This document shows positions 27,365 to 39,097 of a DNA stretch of 64,000 bases, one piece after another. Every line of letters begins with the position of its first letter. Position 1 is the stretch's first letter. Source of the stretch: Phoronis australis (lineage: Eukaryota; Animalia; Phoronida); the NCBI GenBank assembly GCA_002633005.1, contig NMRA01000099.1:823633-887632 (forward strand), in the 5' to 3' direction. The notes beneath the pieces are model-generated. The model saw nothing but the letters and a program-made list of their open reading frames with translations, was not told where the DNA came from and searched no databases. Position numbers and translations under genes: made by a program.

Positions 27365-28421
27365 GTGAGTGAGAGAGTGGAATCAACTGATTTATTTTTT
27401 GAAACATAAATTCCTGTCACAATTTATAATCGACTGACCACAGGCACACAAACTGCTTTCAGTATTAAATTTCATCGCCAGAGACTTATTAAAAACCTGC
27501 CATTTGTTTTCATAATATTCTTTGTTTCCATTTTTTCATGAAAATTTATTTAAGCTTTTTTAAATAATAAGTTAATTCAACTTTAAAAATTGCAATAGAT
27601 GGTAATTGGTTCTGCATAGGGGGTGAAAAACCTGTCTTAGCTAGAGTGAAAAAAACATTCATTGTCTTCAACCCGTACCCACTAAATCCAATCATTACAG
27701 TGAAAGCATCCAATTTAGTGTATTCATATTTCTCAACACTAGAGAAATCTGATATACTTTTCGAAAGCTTCTTAGTTTCTAAAGAAGTCAAAAAAGGGGA
27801 ACAATATCGTCCAACTTCGCATAACCGATGCTGCATCAATCAGAATCTCTAGCCCCCATTGGTCAAAATAGCTTATTTGTTCATATTATTTATAGACAAT
27901 TCTCGTCTTTAGCCAATTTAAACATACACCCGTCTGGGCTGAAGTCAAAAACATTCTGTAAAATAACTTGCCGTTTGGCGTTTGACTTTTTTAACTCGGA
28001 AATCAGATTCCCGTTTTTATGATAAAAACTTTGATGGGTCCAACTACTGAAGCGTCTCCTAGTAGAATTTTTTGTTGCTGTGGCCGTCTCCTTAACGTGG
28101 TAACGGACCTTTATGGAATTCGATAATTGTATTCCCTTTAACAAGACATCTAATTGATGGATCCAATTACCGCTCTACCTGTTAGTGGAATGAGGTTTGT
28201 TACGTTTACATCTGTTTTTAGTTCCTTTCTGTATTTTCATGAATGGCAAATTGTTTTTGGAGAGATGTCAGTGCCTCCCACTTCACAGACAGGTTTCAAC
28301 AAATTCTATACCATATAGTGGCCATTTTTATGATACCAGTTACCACACTGAGAAACATACCTTTTGCAGTGTAGTGGTGGGCGCATTTCAACTCTTCGCG
28401 TTGCTCTTGTTCTGTCTGCAG

Positions 28422-28675
28422 GAGACTATGCTGGTTTTGACCTTGACCAGCCGACCTCTGAGTCAGGGGGCAAGGCCAGAGTGGCTCAGATACTGAAGGA
28501 TCGTCACGGTTACAAGAACCTCATTTTCATCGGCGATGGTGCTACGGACCTAGAGGCAAGCCCTCCTGCTGACGCATTCATTGGCTTCGGAGGAAACGTT
28601 GTGCGGGAAAAAGTTCAGAAAGAGGCCCGTTGGTTTGTGGTGGATTTCAATGAACTTCTTAAAGAATTGTTATGA
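28422..28675 (+). CDS. PSPH: phosphoserine phosphatase, last coding exon
   Basis: CTGCAG acceptor ends at 28421. Translation GDYAGFDLDQPTSESGGKARV...IGDGATDLEASPPADAFIGFGGNVVREKV...LL* includes HAD motifs III and IV. The joined CDS is 137+135+146+254 = 672 nt, i.e. 223 aa plus stop. Confidence 0.96.
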
Positions 28676-29019
28676 TAGTGGTGTCCTTAGTTACATAATG
28701 TTTGGTGGATAGCAACCGAACCATTCCAGGTAGTTAAGGTTATGTAGAACCTTATTGACAAATTTTCAAATTTTGCCAAATATCTACAAAACTAGATTTT
28801 AACTACAAGGTTAGTAAAAACTCTGTAGAATTTAATATTTCACTTTTTACCAATCTGCCGTTTATTGAGTATGTTTTTAGTGAAATTTACCAAAAAGAAA
28901 GGTATGTACATTGATGGCAAAACAAGAGTATCAATAACAAGATCAAATTTTACTGGATGTCGGTGTTCAGGATGAGATCTCAAAACGCTGTTACAGTTTT
29001 TATGCGCCCACATATTTAT

Positions 29020-29630
29020 ATATGGGTGCATATTGCCGTTATCTGTCTGGGCATCCGGAACTGTATCTGCTAAACCCTCACAAAACCTCGATGAGATTTG
29101 GCAGATGTGTTTCTATGAAGGTGACGACGAATTTCGGACTTATCCGCCTACAGATATGCCCCCTAGTGGCAATTTTATTTTTTACCTTTACATCTGTATC
29201 TTCGGAGGTCCTCAAGGGATTTTCATAGTATTTGGCAGTTAGGCATTTATTAGTGAGATGACGCTATCTCCCTGTTTTTGGATGGATTTGGGGTATTTTG
29301 CGCCACCTGGTGGCCATTTTTACTGTTTTCGAATCTGTTTTTTGCATCCACACCTCTGTCAACCAAACCACTTTAAGGATGATTGTGAAAATTGGCACAT
29401 ATGTTCCTACTGTGAAGTAGACAACTGACGAAGATTTTCCGATGACTTCAACTACTGTGGCACCTCCTAGTGGCAGTTTTTTGTGCCCGTAGCCCCTAGC
29501 AGCTACTTCATTTTTTCTGTTTTCCTCTGTTTCTCCGAAGATTTTTATATTTATTAAATAGCTATCTATTAAAGAAGAGATGACAATAATTCCGTTTTTG
29601 GATGGATTCGACTTATTTTGCGCCATCTAA
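29020..29630 (+). repeat. dispersed modular repeat with GCGCCACCT(A/G)GTGG subrepeats (copy B)
   Basis: Inverted homologue of 5800-6400. Confidence 0.75.
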
Positions 29631-30312
29631 TAGTCATTTCTGTGATACAAATAAACACCCGTGGAAGCACACTGTTTGCGGTGCCTTCGTGAGCGCATTT
29701 CAGCACACCGCGTTGCTCTTATCTAAAATATTATTTTGTATTCGTTTGATACAACTTGAAATTTTTTTTCCTGAAAATCGTGAGTCTGATTTTTTTTGAT
29801 GCAAAATAATTTCTAAGAGCGTTTCGCCTATTAATGCGTAAAGCATAGTATTGGAAAGTTTCATATGAATGTGATCAGCCATTCCTGTGATATGATTTTC
29901 AAAGTTAGCCAAATTTGGATTTTTTTCTAGGGTCCTACATAGCCTTGAAATATCTTCAGGTGCAATACATTTCATTGTAATTCAAAATACAAGCCAGGTT
30001 AACCCTGAGCAAAACTCTAAACATGGATCAAACCGTGCATCATGTTTTCATGTTGTAAACTTCCTTTGTGGTGGTAAACAGAATACTCTTGTTATACATT
30101 GTTTACACTCGCTCGTGTCATTGTTTTAGCTAAAGCATGAGTATAGATATGTAAATAGAGAATCCTACACAAATCTCAGGTTTATGACGTGGGCAAAACC
30201 TCATGGAAATTTCATCAAAATTCCGAGGCTTGCTTGTTTCATTATTATCTTTTCCGTCAAATTCCTCTTCATAAATTTTTTGCCAAGAATAATCCCTTTA
30301 ACCGCTTGTGTC

Positions 30313-30421
30313 CCTTTAACTGGTCAGTGTAGGAACCTGTTCCTTTGACTGGTCAGTGTAGGAACCTGTTCCTTTAACTGGTCAGTGTGGGAACCTGTTC
30401 CTTTACCTGGTCAGTGTGGGG
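30313..30421 (+). repeat. 29-bp minisatellite, ~3.7 copies
   Basis: Unit ctttaactggtcagtgtaggaacctgttc. Confidence 0.95.
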
Positions 30422-32117
30422 ACTTTGGTAACGGTGAGGGCTTATCAGAGTGAAGATATCATTTTGAGGAGTGACCCCCTTTATATCAAGTTTCAGATCA
30501 GGAAGTTATGAGACATTTAGTTGGAAACAGCAAATGTTAAATTAGCCATTTGAATTGTTTGGAAATGTTGCTGAACAAGTTGTCTAATCGTGGCTGATAA
30601 TTCAAGTGTAATTTCACCTTCTGTCGATGAATGCTTAATCAAATGTTCATGTTACCAACCAGAAAGCCGATGGGTAAATATATAAAATTTTGAAGATTCC
30701 TTGCTCAGTTATTGGTGAATTAAATAACTTATTGGTCAGCGTTTTGTGGTTCAACATCTCATTGCTGGTACCTTACACTTTGACTTGAAGCAGACACATC
30801 AAACTTGGTGCGAGGGATTGAACCGCCAGTCACTGAATTGACTATCGTTTTGCCTGCTAGATTAGGTGATGCAGCTTTAGACAAACAAAGACAGTGGATG
30901 CAAGCAATCAAGTTTGTCTGATTGAAATGCCCCGCAAATCTGGATATTTTTGCCTGTAAGCTGTCATGGCAAATTAAAGAACGACCACCGGCCAGCAAAT
31001 CTTTAGTCAATTCTGTTAAACTTTATACTTGTGTTATAGCCTTTTTATGGCAAGGTGTAGGGCATCTCTAGGATAATGCACGCCACTTTTCAACCTGACC
31101 AACCACCCAGGGCCAGAGGGGTGTTGCTATAAATATTTTTGGGTGAAGGTTGTCTCTGGATGATCTAGAAAGAACTGATGGATGAAATTTAATGAAACTT
31201 GACACAGAGGTACGAGACAATAATGTGCCCGCTTCAGTTTATTTTCTTCGCTAGTGTCCATTTTGGTCTCCACAAGTACTTTTGAGCATGGACAGATTTT
31301 AATGAAGCCTGACATAGAGGTATGTGACAACAACCTGCTGGCATCAATCAATTTTCAGACAGACTTTCCGGTACCTTCTAGTGGCCGTTTTGGTATCAGT
31401 TAGGCACTTCTCACTATTTTGGGGAGGAAGAGCGTTTCCGATGTTGGTGTCAGAGCCGATTGTTAGTGGATTTCAATGAAACTTGACACAGGGGTATGTG
31501 ACGGCAATGTGCCAGGACCAGTCAATTTTCGTGCAAATTCAACCTCAGTAGCACCCCCTAATGGCCATTGTGTGCTGGACATATCAAAAACTTTTGGGCC
31601 TATTTTGATTAAATTTGGTACACGGTTATAGTGTATCATTAGAGCGGTTCATGCCACTTTTTAATCTGCCCTGGCGCTAGAGGCTGGGCTTTAAAATGTT
31701 TTTGGGGATGCGGAGTGGCGATCTAGAGAACTTATTGACAGATTTTAATGACAATAATTATGTGATGCCGTTGCGCCAGCACAAGTTAATTTTTGGACGT
31801 ATTCGACCTCTGCAGTACCCTCGTGGCCATTTAGGTTTTGAAAAGGGTCCTTTTTAGTATTTTGCGGAAAAAGGGCGTTTCAGGATGACATCTCGAGAAC
31901 TGATTGATGGACTCCATCTTTGACACAGTTGAATGTGACGGCAATGCATTGTCTGGTTCCCGTCGATTTTGGTGGATTTTACTGTAACAGCCTATAGTAA
32001 ACATTCCATTTTGAAGATGATAGCAGCTACCAGTTTTGAGCAGATTCCAACAAGTGCTCTGGCCGTTTTGTCATTTTGTATCTATCTTTGTATCTGTCAA
32101 ACCTCATGAGGGCGACA

Positions 32118-34078
32118 TCCCGTTTCTCCCAACTTGTTCCATTCTATAGCTTAACAACAAGTTGGGAAGTTTACCCCCGTAGCCAATATCTTACACGACC
32201 GAATAACTCCATTCTGGCATTAATGGTTGGAGGGCCTGCGCTCTTTTGCTCGATAATTGCTCTAATCTCCGATCGTATCTAGCCCGACTGGGCTGGGCTG
32301 ATAAAAATGAAAGTTAAGTTGTAACATATTTGAGCTTAAACCAATAGCATTTCTGAATTCCTCGTCAAATGCTGATCATGTTCCGTTTTTGAATCACAAA
32401 ATCGCCCAACTACATCAGGAGTTAAGACAATCTAGTATTGTGTCCAAAATAGGCGTTCGGTAATAGTGTGCAACCACCATACGTTTCCATTGAAGCCTGG
32501 GAGATAATTGGCCTGCTTGTTATCATACGAGACAAAAGACTGAGCTGGGCAGTTAACAAAAGAGCCAGATGTTATCGCACGTTCAGTACCCCTCACGTCT
32601 GGAAAAGTTACTGAAAGACAGAACGCTGTAATGTCATGATTGTTCTTCGGTTTGGCTTTGTCTCGCTGAGAAATTTTAAGAAGATTCGCGAAGAGTTGGC
32701 GAGAAGCGGGCTTTTCAAAATGGCCCACCCAGTGGCGGATCTACGGGGGGGTTCAGGGGGTTTAAACCCCCCCTCGGGCCAGGACCCAAAAATTAAAAAA
32801 AANATATTTGGAAATTGTCTAAACCCCTGTATACACACCACACTTTTTGGTATACGACTTTTCGTATGCTAAAAAACGTGTGTGTAAGCAGATGTTCGAA
32901 CAAAAATTTTTGTTGGTGGCGTGACTCATACCCAGATGTGCACAATATGGTTTCACGAAACTTATGAGCCAAGTGACGAAATCGAGAAGGGTTTTTAATT
33001 ATCTTAAGAAAAACTCCAGAGACATGTTAAGTGCCAGAAACTTACCAGGATGCATGGAAATTTCACTATTTGGCTACAAAAACAAAAAATATCTTACACG
33101 GGAAGGGAAACCCCCCTGCCGACCTCTCCCCGCTCGGCGCCACGCGCCTAGGATTCGACCTTGGCGGGAATCCTAAGCCCCCCCCTTGCTGAAAACGTAG
33201 ATCCGCCACTAACACCTAATTCCCAATGCACTCCTTGCAGTAGGTAACAATTATGATAGTTTACAGGAATTTGGCTAAATTTGGGCATTTCGTTTGGTAC
33301 AACGGAGTGATAAAATGTGAAATTCCCATATATGGAATGGAACAAGGATATACCCAGAGTCACTGGCGATGTCATCTGCCGGGAATTATTCCTGGGGAGT
33401 TGAGTATTGCATATTTTTCCATTCTATTTTGGGTATGACTTAAACGTATCTGCATTTTAATCGAAATTTATGAAGACATGAAATATTTTGTAAAGAGCCT
33501 GTCGTGTGGTCTCCGCCATATTCGAATCCACCGGAGACCGGTCTTGTTCGTACCATGGAATGAGCTGGCAACTCTATAATTACGGCGTTTTCCCGTTGCT
33601 CCCAAATTATTCGATTCTATAGCCCAACAACAAGTTGGGAAGACCAACCCTGTAGCCAATATCTTAGACGACTGATTAACTTCATTCTGGCATTTATGGT
33701 TGGAGGGCCGGCTCTCTTTTGTTCGATAATTGCTCTAATCTCCGATCAGATCGTTTCTAGCCTGACTGGACAGTGTTGCTAAAAATGAAAGTTAAGTTAT
33801 AACATATTTGAACAAAAACCAATAGCATTTCTGAATTCCTTGTCAAATGCCGATCATGTTTTTGAATCACCAAAATCACCCAACTACAAGAGAAGTTAAG
33901 ACAATCCATTCTGCTAGGTTTCAGTAACCCTTTGAAGCCTGAGACAGATAATTAGCCTGCTTGTTGTCATACGGGAGAAAAGACTGTGCTTGGCAGTTAA
34001 CAAAAGAGCCAGATGTTATCGCACGTTCAGAACCCCTCACGTCTGGAAAAGTTGCTGAACGACAGAACGCCGTCATGA
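32118..34078 (+). repeat. diverged direct repeat pair (~500 bp): 32118-32640 and 33591-34078
   Basis: Long shared blocks, e.g. ccaatagcatttctgaattcct and gcagttaacaaaagagccagatgttatcgcacgttcag. Probably two copies of a non-autonomous element. Confidence 0.85.
32730..33211 (+). mobile_element. hAT-like MITE with CAGTGGCGGATCTACG TIRs
   Basis: TIR CAGTGGCGGATCTACG / CGTAGATCCGCCACTA. Flanks CCACC / ACACC (imperfect 5-bp TSD). An inverted partial copy lies at ~48040-48365. Confidence 0.8.
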
Positions 34079-34123
34079 GTCAAGTCTCTTAGCAATGCGC
34101 CATTTCGAATTGCCTATTTTACG

Positions 34124-34845
34124 CAGTGGCGGATCCAGGATATCACAAGGGGGGCCAACATTTTGTCCGAAACCATTTGCGCAAAGCACAATTAGATACG
34201 CATAGCACCGAATGGAGGGAGGTCGGGAGGGGGCTGTTTTTTTTCTCTAAAAATCAAGCATTTTCCTTGATTGCTGAAGTACTATCCAAAAAAAAGGCAA
34301 AGAAAAAGGAAAAAAAAGAACGTATTGAACATGAACAAGTGCCATTACCACAGACACGAACTCACGACCATGCAGATAGAGAGCACGTGCTATACCACTG
34401 CACCACCACGACTTCACGCACTGACAATTTGATAGTAAGAGACCTACTTGTTTATGGTCCACAGCGTTTGCGCGCGAAACCTACTTCTTTTTGTAATGCT
34501 TATTACACTTTTTATGTTTTGTGCAATTAGTTTTTAACAAATTTGATGTATTTAAATTAGTCTTCAATTGCCCAAAAGACTAAATCCGTTTTTTGTGTTG
34601 GCAATAATGACGCGATTGGTTTGGAAATCGTCTGTAAAGTTAAGGTTTGACAAAGAAAGAATTATGAGTTTCTGAGTGATTCACTAAGGCTTCGATTAAA
34701 ATTCACATCTTACTAGCAGCTTCTACTCAGATTCCACTTTCTTTAAAAAATGAAGTAATTTTCTTCCTTGCAGACGACGGAAAATGAGTCGTATTGCGCA
34801 GCGCCACTGCCGGTCGCCTGGGATATAGCGGGAGAGCCTACACTT
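34124..34845 (+). mobile_element. ~700-bp dispersed element, copy 1, with internal tRNA-like segment
   Basis: Starts CAGTGGCGGATCCAGGATATCAC and has GCGCCACTG at 34801-34809. Colinear with 38298-39097 and 49401-50102. Confidence 0.85.
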
Positions 34846-35673
34846 AGCCATAGTTTCGTTACCATTGAGCCGTGTTCCGAATTTGACACTTGGAATTGGA
34901 TCGTTACTCATTCCTACAGTTTTTTAACCATATCAGTCGAATAATGCAAACTTGCAAAATATAAAGCCAGTTTAGATCGCAAACCCGAGATTTCAGTAAT
35001 TTGAGGACAAACGTGGAAACTTCTCAGATCCGCATCCCTTTGGCGCGGTTGACAAGTGCTACAGCCGGCTCCATCTATTGAGAAATTCGTGTGGCTTGAG
35101 GTTGCTGCACGCACTAGCCTATACCTAATGCATTGATTCCGTCCAGACAAGTTCGTTTTTGTGTCGCCGGTGCCCAGTAGGCCTGCAGACCGCTTGCCCT
35201 TGCCAAGCTGCTTCATATACCTTGATAATGCGAGAAGTTAAGAAAATATACCAGCACATTTATACGAAAAAGAGAAGGGTTAATCGAAGGGCTGAATGCG
35301 CAATTAGTTCCAGCGAGGTTTATAGACTCGTCGGGTGGCCAAACACGGGATTTACTGGAGTAGCTAATGCGCTTTGTATTTTCACAATTTTTTATCGTCA
35401 GGTCTTCGGTCTCATTTGAACTCATTTCCTGGCCTGCAAGTGGGAATGTTCTATGGTCATTCGGGTAATGAATCATTGATCAATTTCGTTATCATAATGT
35501 CCGCATCACCGTACACAAACCGTTCAATGCGTAGTCTCGCAGAGAGAATCCTTCAAGAATTTTTCTGCCTTTGTGCCCAGATTTGATGTCACGCGTTTTG
35601 TCAAAGAATTTTTCATTAACATCTGCTTCCCCGCCATACACGGTGTCGTCGCGAGCCGCCGTCAGCAACTTAA

Positions 35674-36823
35674 AGGCGAAGGCAACCTTTTTTCATGTCA
35701 TTTTTAGCAAAAATAGGGTTCGTTGATTATCCCAAACATATTTTTCACTTATTTACAGCTTTTCGTAATTTAATTAATTACTCGTCGTCTACTCCGGAAG
35801 TGACGTTTTGGGAGGCAAGAATTTCTCGCCAATTTCTTTTCATACAGTCCGACTGTGAGAGCAGTCGAGTCAGTCATTGTTCTACCTCGGTGGTGATAAG
35901 TTCAGTCGTCGTTTGCTCTTGTTTACGAGTCAGTCAACATGCCACGCTGTTGCTGCCTACCGAGATGTACTCATTATCGTCTCACGTACAGAGGAAGAGC
36001 TGTCCCACTTGCCCGAGTGTACCGCGACACACTCCCAGTGGATGGTGACTTGAGCACCCAAACTGCCGCCGTGCGACTCCCTCGTCACACACGTGGCACC
36101 TTCTAACGCTCCAATACAAGTCCTCAATAAACTTATCAAACTTAGGCTCAGCGATCTGTTCATTGGATGGCGAACTATACTTTTCACTGGGTGTCAAACT
36201 GGGCCTGTATTCACTCCCACTACTCAACATCGTTGCAAGGCTGCTTACAGGCTCTGGGCTAGAGACAACAGCACACGGGGAATCACTGCTAGTTCCTGGA
36301 ATTGCACGCTATGGGGTACGTTCGGAGGCATGCATAACAGTAGATGACAAAGTGCCTCCAGTCACTGTTTATAGTGGCCACAGCTCGCGAGGCTTCTCGC
36401 TTCAAAAACGCACTTATCGGGGATGGCGACGGGGCACTGCCGGGAATCAGCAGGGACGGTATGGAACCCTTCTTCAGGCGTTGTTTCGCAGGGACCTTTA
36501 TCAATTCAGCGTACATATCTCTGTCGCAATCTGACTGCTGAAAATCCTTGCCACTGCTTTGTACGTTGCGTGAGCGGGTAGCAAACGACGACCGAACTTA
36601 TCACATCCGAGGTAGAACAATGACTGACTTGACAGCTCTCACCGTCTGACCGTATGAAAAAAAATTGGCGCGAAATTCTTGCCTCCCAAAACTTCACTTC
36701 CGGAGTAGAGGACGAGAAATTAATTAAATTACGAAAAGCTGTAATTAAGTGAAAAATATGTCTGGGACAATCAACAGACCTTATTTTTGCTAAAGGTGAC
36801 ATGAAAAAAGGTTGCCTTCGCCT
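35674..36823 (-). mobile_element. Kolobok-like non-autonomous deletion derivative
   Basis: TTAA on both sides (35670-35673 and 36824-36827). Termini AGGCGAAGGCAACC...GGTTGCCTTCGCCT, with ~245-bp TIRs. The interior minus strand retains the THAP C-terminal motif RLKKGSIPSL and a KFIE..L..RRCHVC segment. Confidence 0.85.
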
Positions 36824-37530
36824 TTAATAACATTGTCAAGAATGATTGACTGCTCAGTGCTCAGTGAGACGTATTTTCAGCACGGGCTTATTTATTCTAA
36901 AACTTTTAGTGTAGCTTTGCGACTGATCTCTGTGCTACAGTTCAATGGTTACGTCAAAATGCAATTTCCACTTGCAAGTCATTGTCAATCCGCCGTCAAA
37001 TTAGTCCAGGTGGAGAATGTATTGTTTACTATTGCATCTTTACTCTTGCAAAAACGCTGAATGCTCGTTTTCCCTGGGACCTGTTTCTCGAAGAATCTAT
37101 CGCCAAAGTCAATTTTTTGACTTTGGCTTTCAGTACTACTGATGTTCCCGATCAGGTTATGGATTTTTGTTTTTGGCTTCGAATTGATTTCCTAGTCACT
37201 AGCCGTAGGGTGATTTTCTGGAACACCTAGTTTAGCCAACCGTAGACTGATATTTTGTCATAATACAATTATACTCTACGTGAAACAGACCCCTGGGTAA
37301 CTATCATAGACAGGTTACAGCAAATGTTTAGAATAGAGCAAATAGGCTACTTGGAAATCATGTTTCAAGTTTTAGCTCATTGTTAAATGCCTTAGTCACA
37401 TATAGGGCAATGCTCGGTTGATTGGGTTCTTTCCCGACACTTAGCATGATCGGGCGATTTTTATCGGATCATTATAGCCGGGCTGCAGGGGCGGATCCAG
37501 GATTTTGAGTTGGGGGGGGGGGGGGGAGGG

Positions 37531-37556
37531 NNNNNNNNNNNNNNNNNNNNNNNNNN
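37531..37556. other. assembly gap (N run)
   Basis: N run following a poly-G inside a CAGGGGCGGATCCAGG MITE start. Confidence 0.99.
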
Positions 37557-37919
37557 AGGGGCATCACGAAATTATGAAAAAATACGGGAAATACGACCAA
37601 AATCTATTAATTAGTGTAAAACGCATAATTTTGGACTATTATCATCGAATTATTATCATACGAAGCATTTCCTGTTCTATTACCCGTAAATCGGTACGAT
37701 TCCTAAAGTGTTGCGCGTTTTAGGAATCCATAAACGGGCCTGCGCAGTATATGGATTTCCCCCGCTTTTGATGACGTCATCCGCATATTGCGCAAATCAA
37801 CAAAACGCGCAGAGCAGGGCTATTCGCGTGCTGGCTACCACCTAGCGGCACGCAGGGAACCAGTGAGCAGCTGGTAAAAAGACGGGATTGTTACCAAAAT
37901 ACGTCGTCGCACTAAGCCT

Positions 37920-38120
37920 TATTGTTGCTATTTTCCCCGAGTGCAAATCTACGACAGGTGGTCACAAATTCCCAAAAGACCTAAGGTTACTACAGGCGTG
38001 GAGAACTGCGGTCAACATGGTCAACCAAGTGACAAAAACTGTGCAGTGCCGAAGCCTCACGCCCCGTGTGTGCTTTATGCCTTTCCATTGAGAGACTACA
38101 TAATCACGTTACTTGGCAAG
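37920..38120 (+). pseudogene. decayed THAP-domain exon
   Basis: Reads ECKSTTGGHKFPKDLRLLQAWRTAVNMV...RVCFMPF, matching the THAP pattern HxFPKD...W...RVCxxHF, but degenerate and frameshifted. Confidence 0.65.
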
Positions 38121-38297
38121 TTTTTAGCAATTAGTGTCTATCAACATCGTTCAGTGATATTATCCTCACCAGTTACCCCCACTGATGGGTTTATTCAGTA
38201 GAACTAAGTGTTTCTTTTCAGAAACTCACACGGGACCCGGATGATAGGCTAGCAGCACATATCATGGGCGGCGCACCCTATGGTGCGCTGCCCATGC

Positions 38298-39097
38298 CAG
38301 TGGCGGATCTAGGATATCACAAAGGGTGCCCAACATTTTGTCTGAAAACATTTGTGCAAAGCACGATTAGATGTGCATAGCACCTAATGGGGGGAGGTCG
38401 GGAAAATTTTTCTGTTTTTTCCTCTAAAAATCAAGCATTTTCCTTGATTCCTGAAGTATTAACCAAGAAAAAAAAGGCAAAGAAAACGAAAGAAAACAAA
38501 AACACGGAGAACATGTCAAACATGAAAAACTGCAGTTTAAAAACACGGAGAACATGTCAAACATGAACAACTGCAGTTTGCACAGACTCGAACTCACGAC
38601 CTAGGGGTTAGAGAGCGCATGCTTTACAACTGCCCCACCACGATTTCACTCCTACATTGATTATAAGAGACCTACTTGTTTATTGTCCACAGCGTTTGCG
38701 CGCGAAACCTACTTCTTTTTGTAATGCTTATTACACTTTTTATATTTTGTGCAATCAGTTCGTAACGAATTTGTTGTATTTAAAATATTCTTCAATTGCC
38801 CAAAAGACCAAATCCGTTTTTTGTGTTGGCATTAATGACGCGAGTGCTTTGGATATCGTCTTTGAGTTAAAGTTTGACAAAGAGAGAATTATGAGTTTCT
38901 GAGTGATTCATTAAAGCTTCGATTAAAATTCAAATCTTACCAGCAGCTTCTGTTTTTTCATCGTCACTCAGATTCCATTTTCTTTAAAAAATGAAGAAAT
39001 TTTTTTCATCGCACAGTAAAGCAGACGACGGAAACGGAGTCGTAGTGCGCAGCGCCACTGCCGGTCGCCTGGGGATATCGCGGGAGAGCCTATACTT
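38298..39097 (+). mobile_element. ~700-bp dispersed element, copy 2, with internal tRNA-like segment
   Basis: Colinear with copies 1 and 3. Has an extra 39-bp internal duplication near 38500-38580. Confidence 0.85.

Noticed and set aside
28364-28421. N-terminal part of the 103-aa ORF as coding sequence
   Set aside because: It is the intron's pyrimidine tract and acceptor; PSPH similarity starts at 28422.
30313-30421. 29-bp repeats (and the 39-bp repeats at 54738-54857) as a CRISPR array
   Set aside because: Head-to-tail tandem units with no unique spacers, no cas genes, and a eukaryotic context.
34349-34412. Functional tRNA gene
   Set aside because: Acceptor and anticodon stems are degenerate and differ among the three copies, so it is treated as a tRNA-derived part of a repeat.
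34914-35640. Possible Crypton/DUF3504-like coding remnant on the minus strand (ENTKR, LALYFASL)
   Set aside because: Motif matches are short, in different frames and not in convincing order; an HMM search would be needed.
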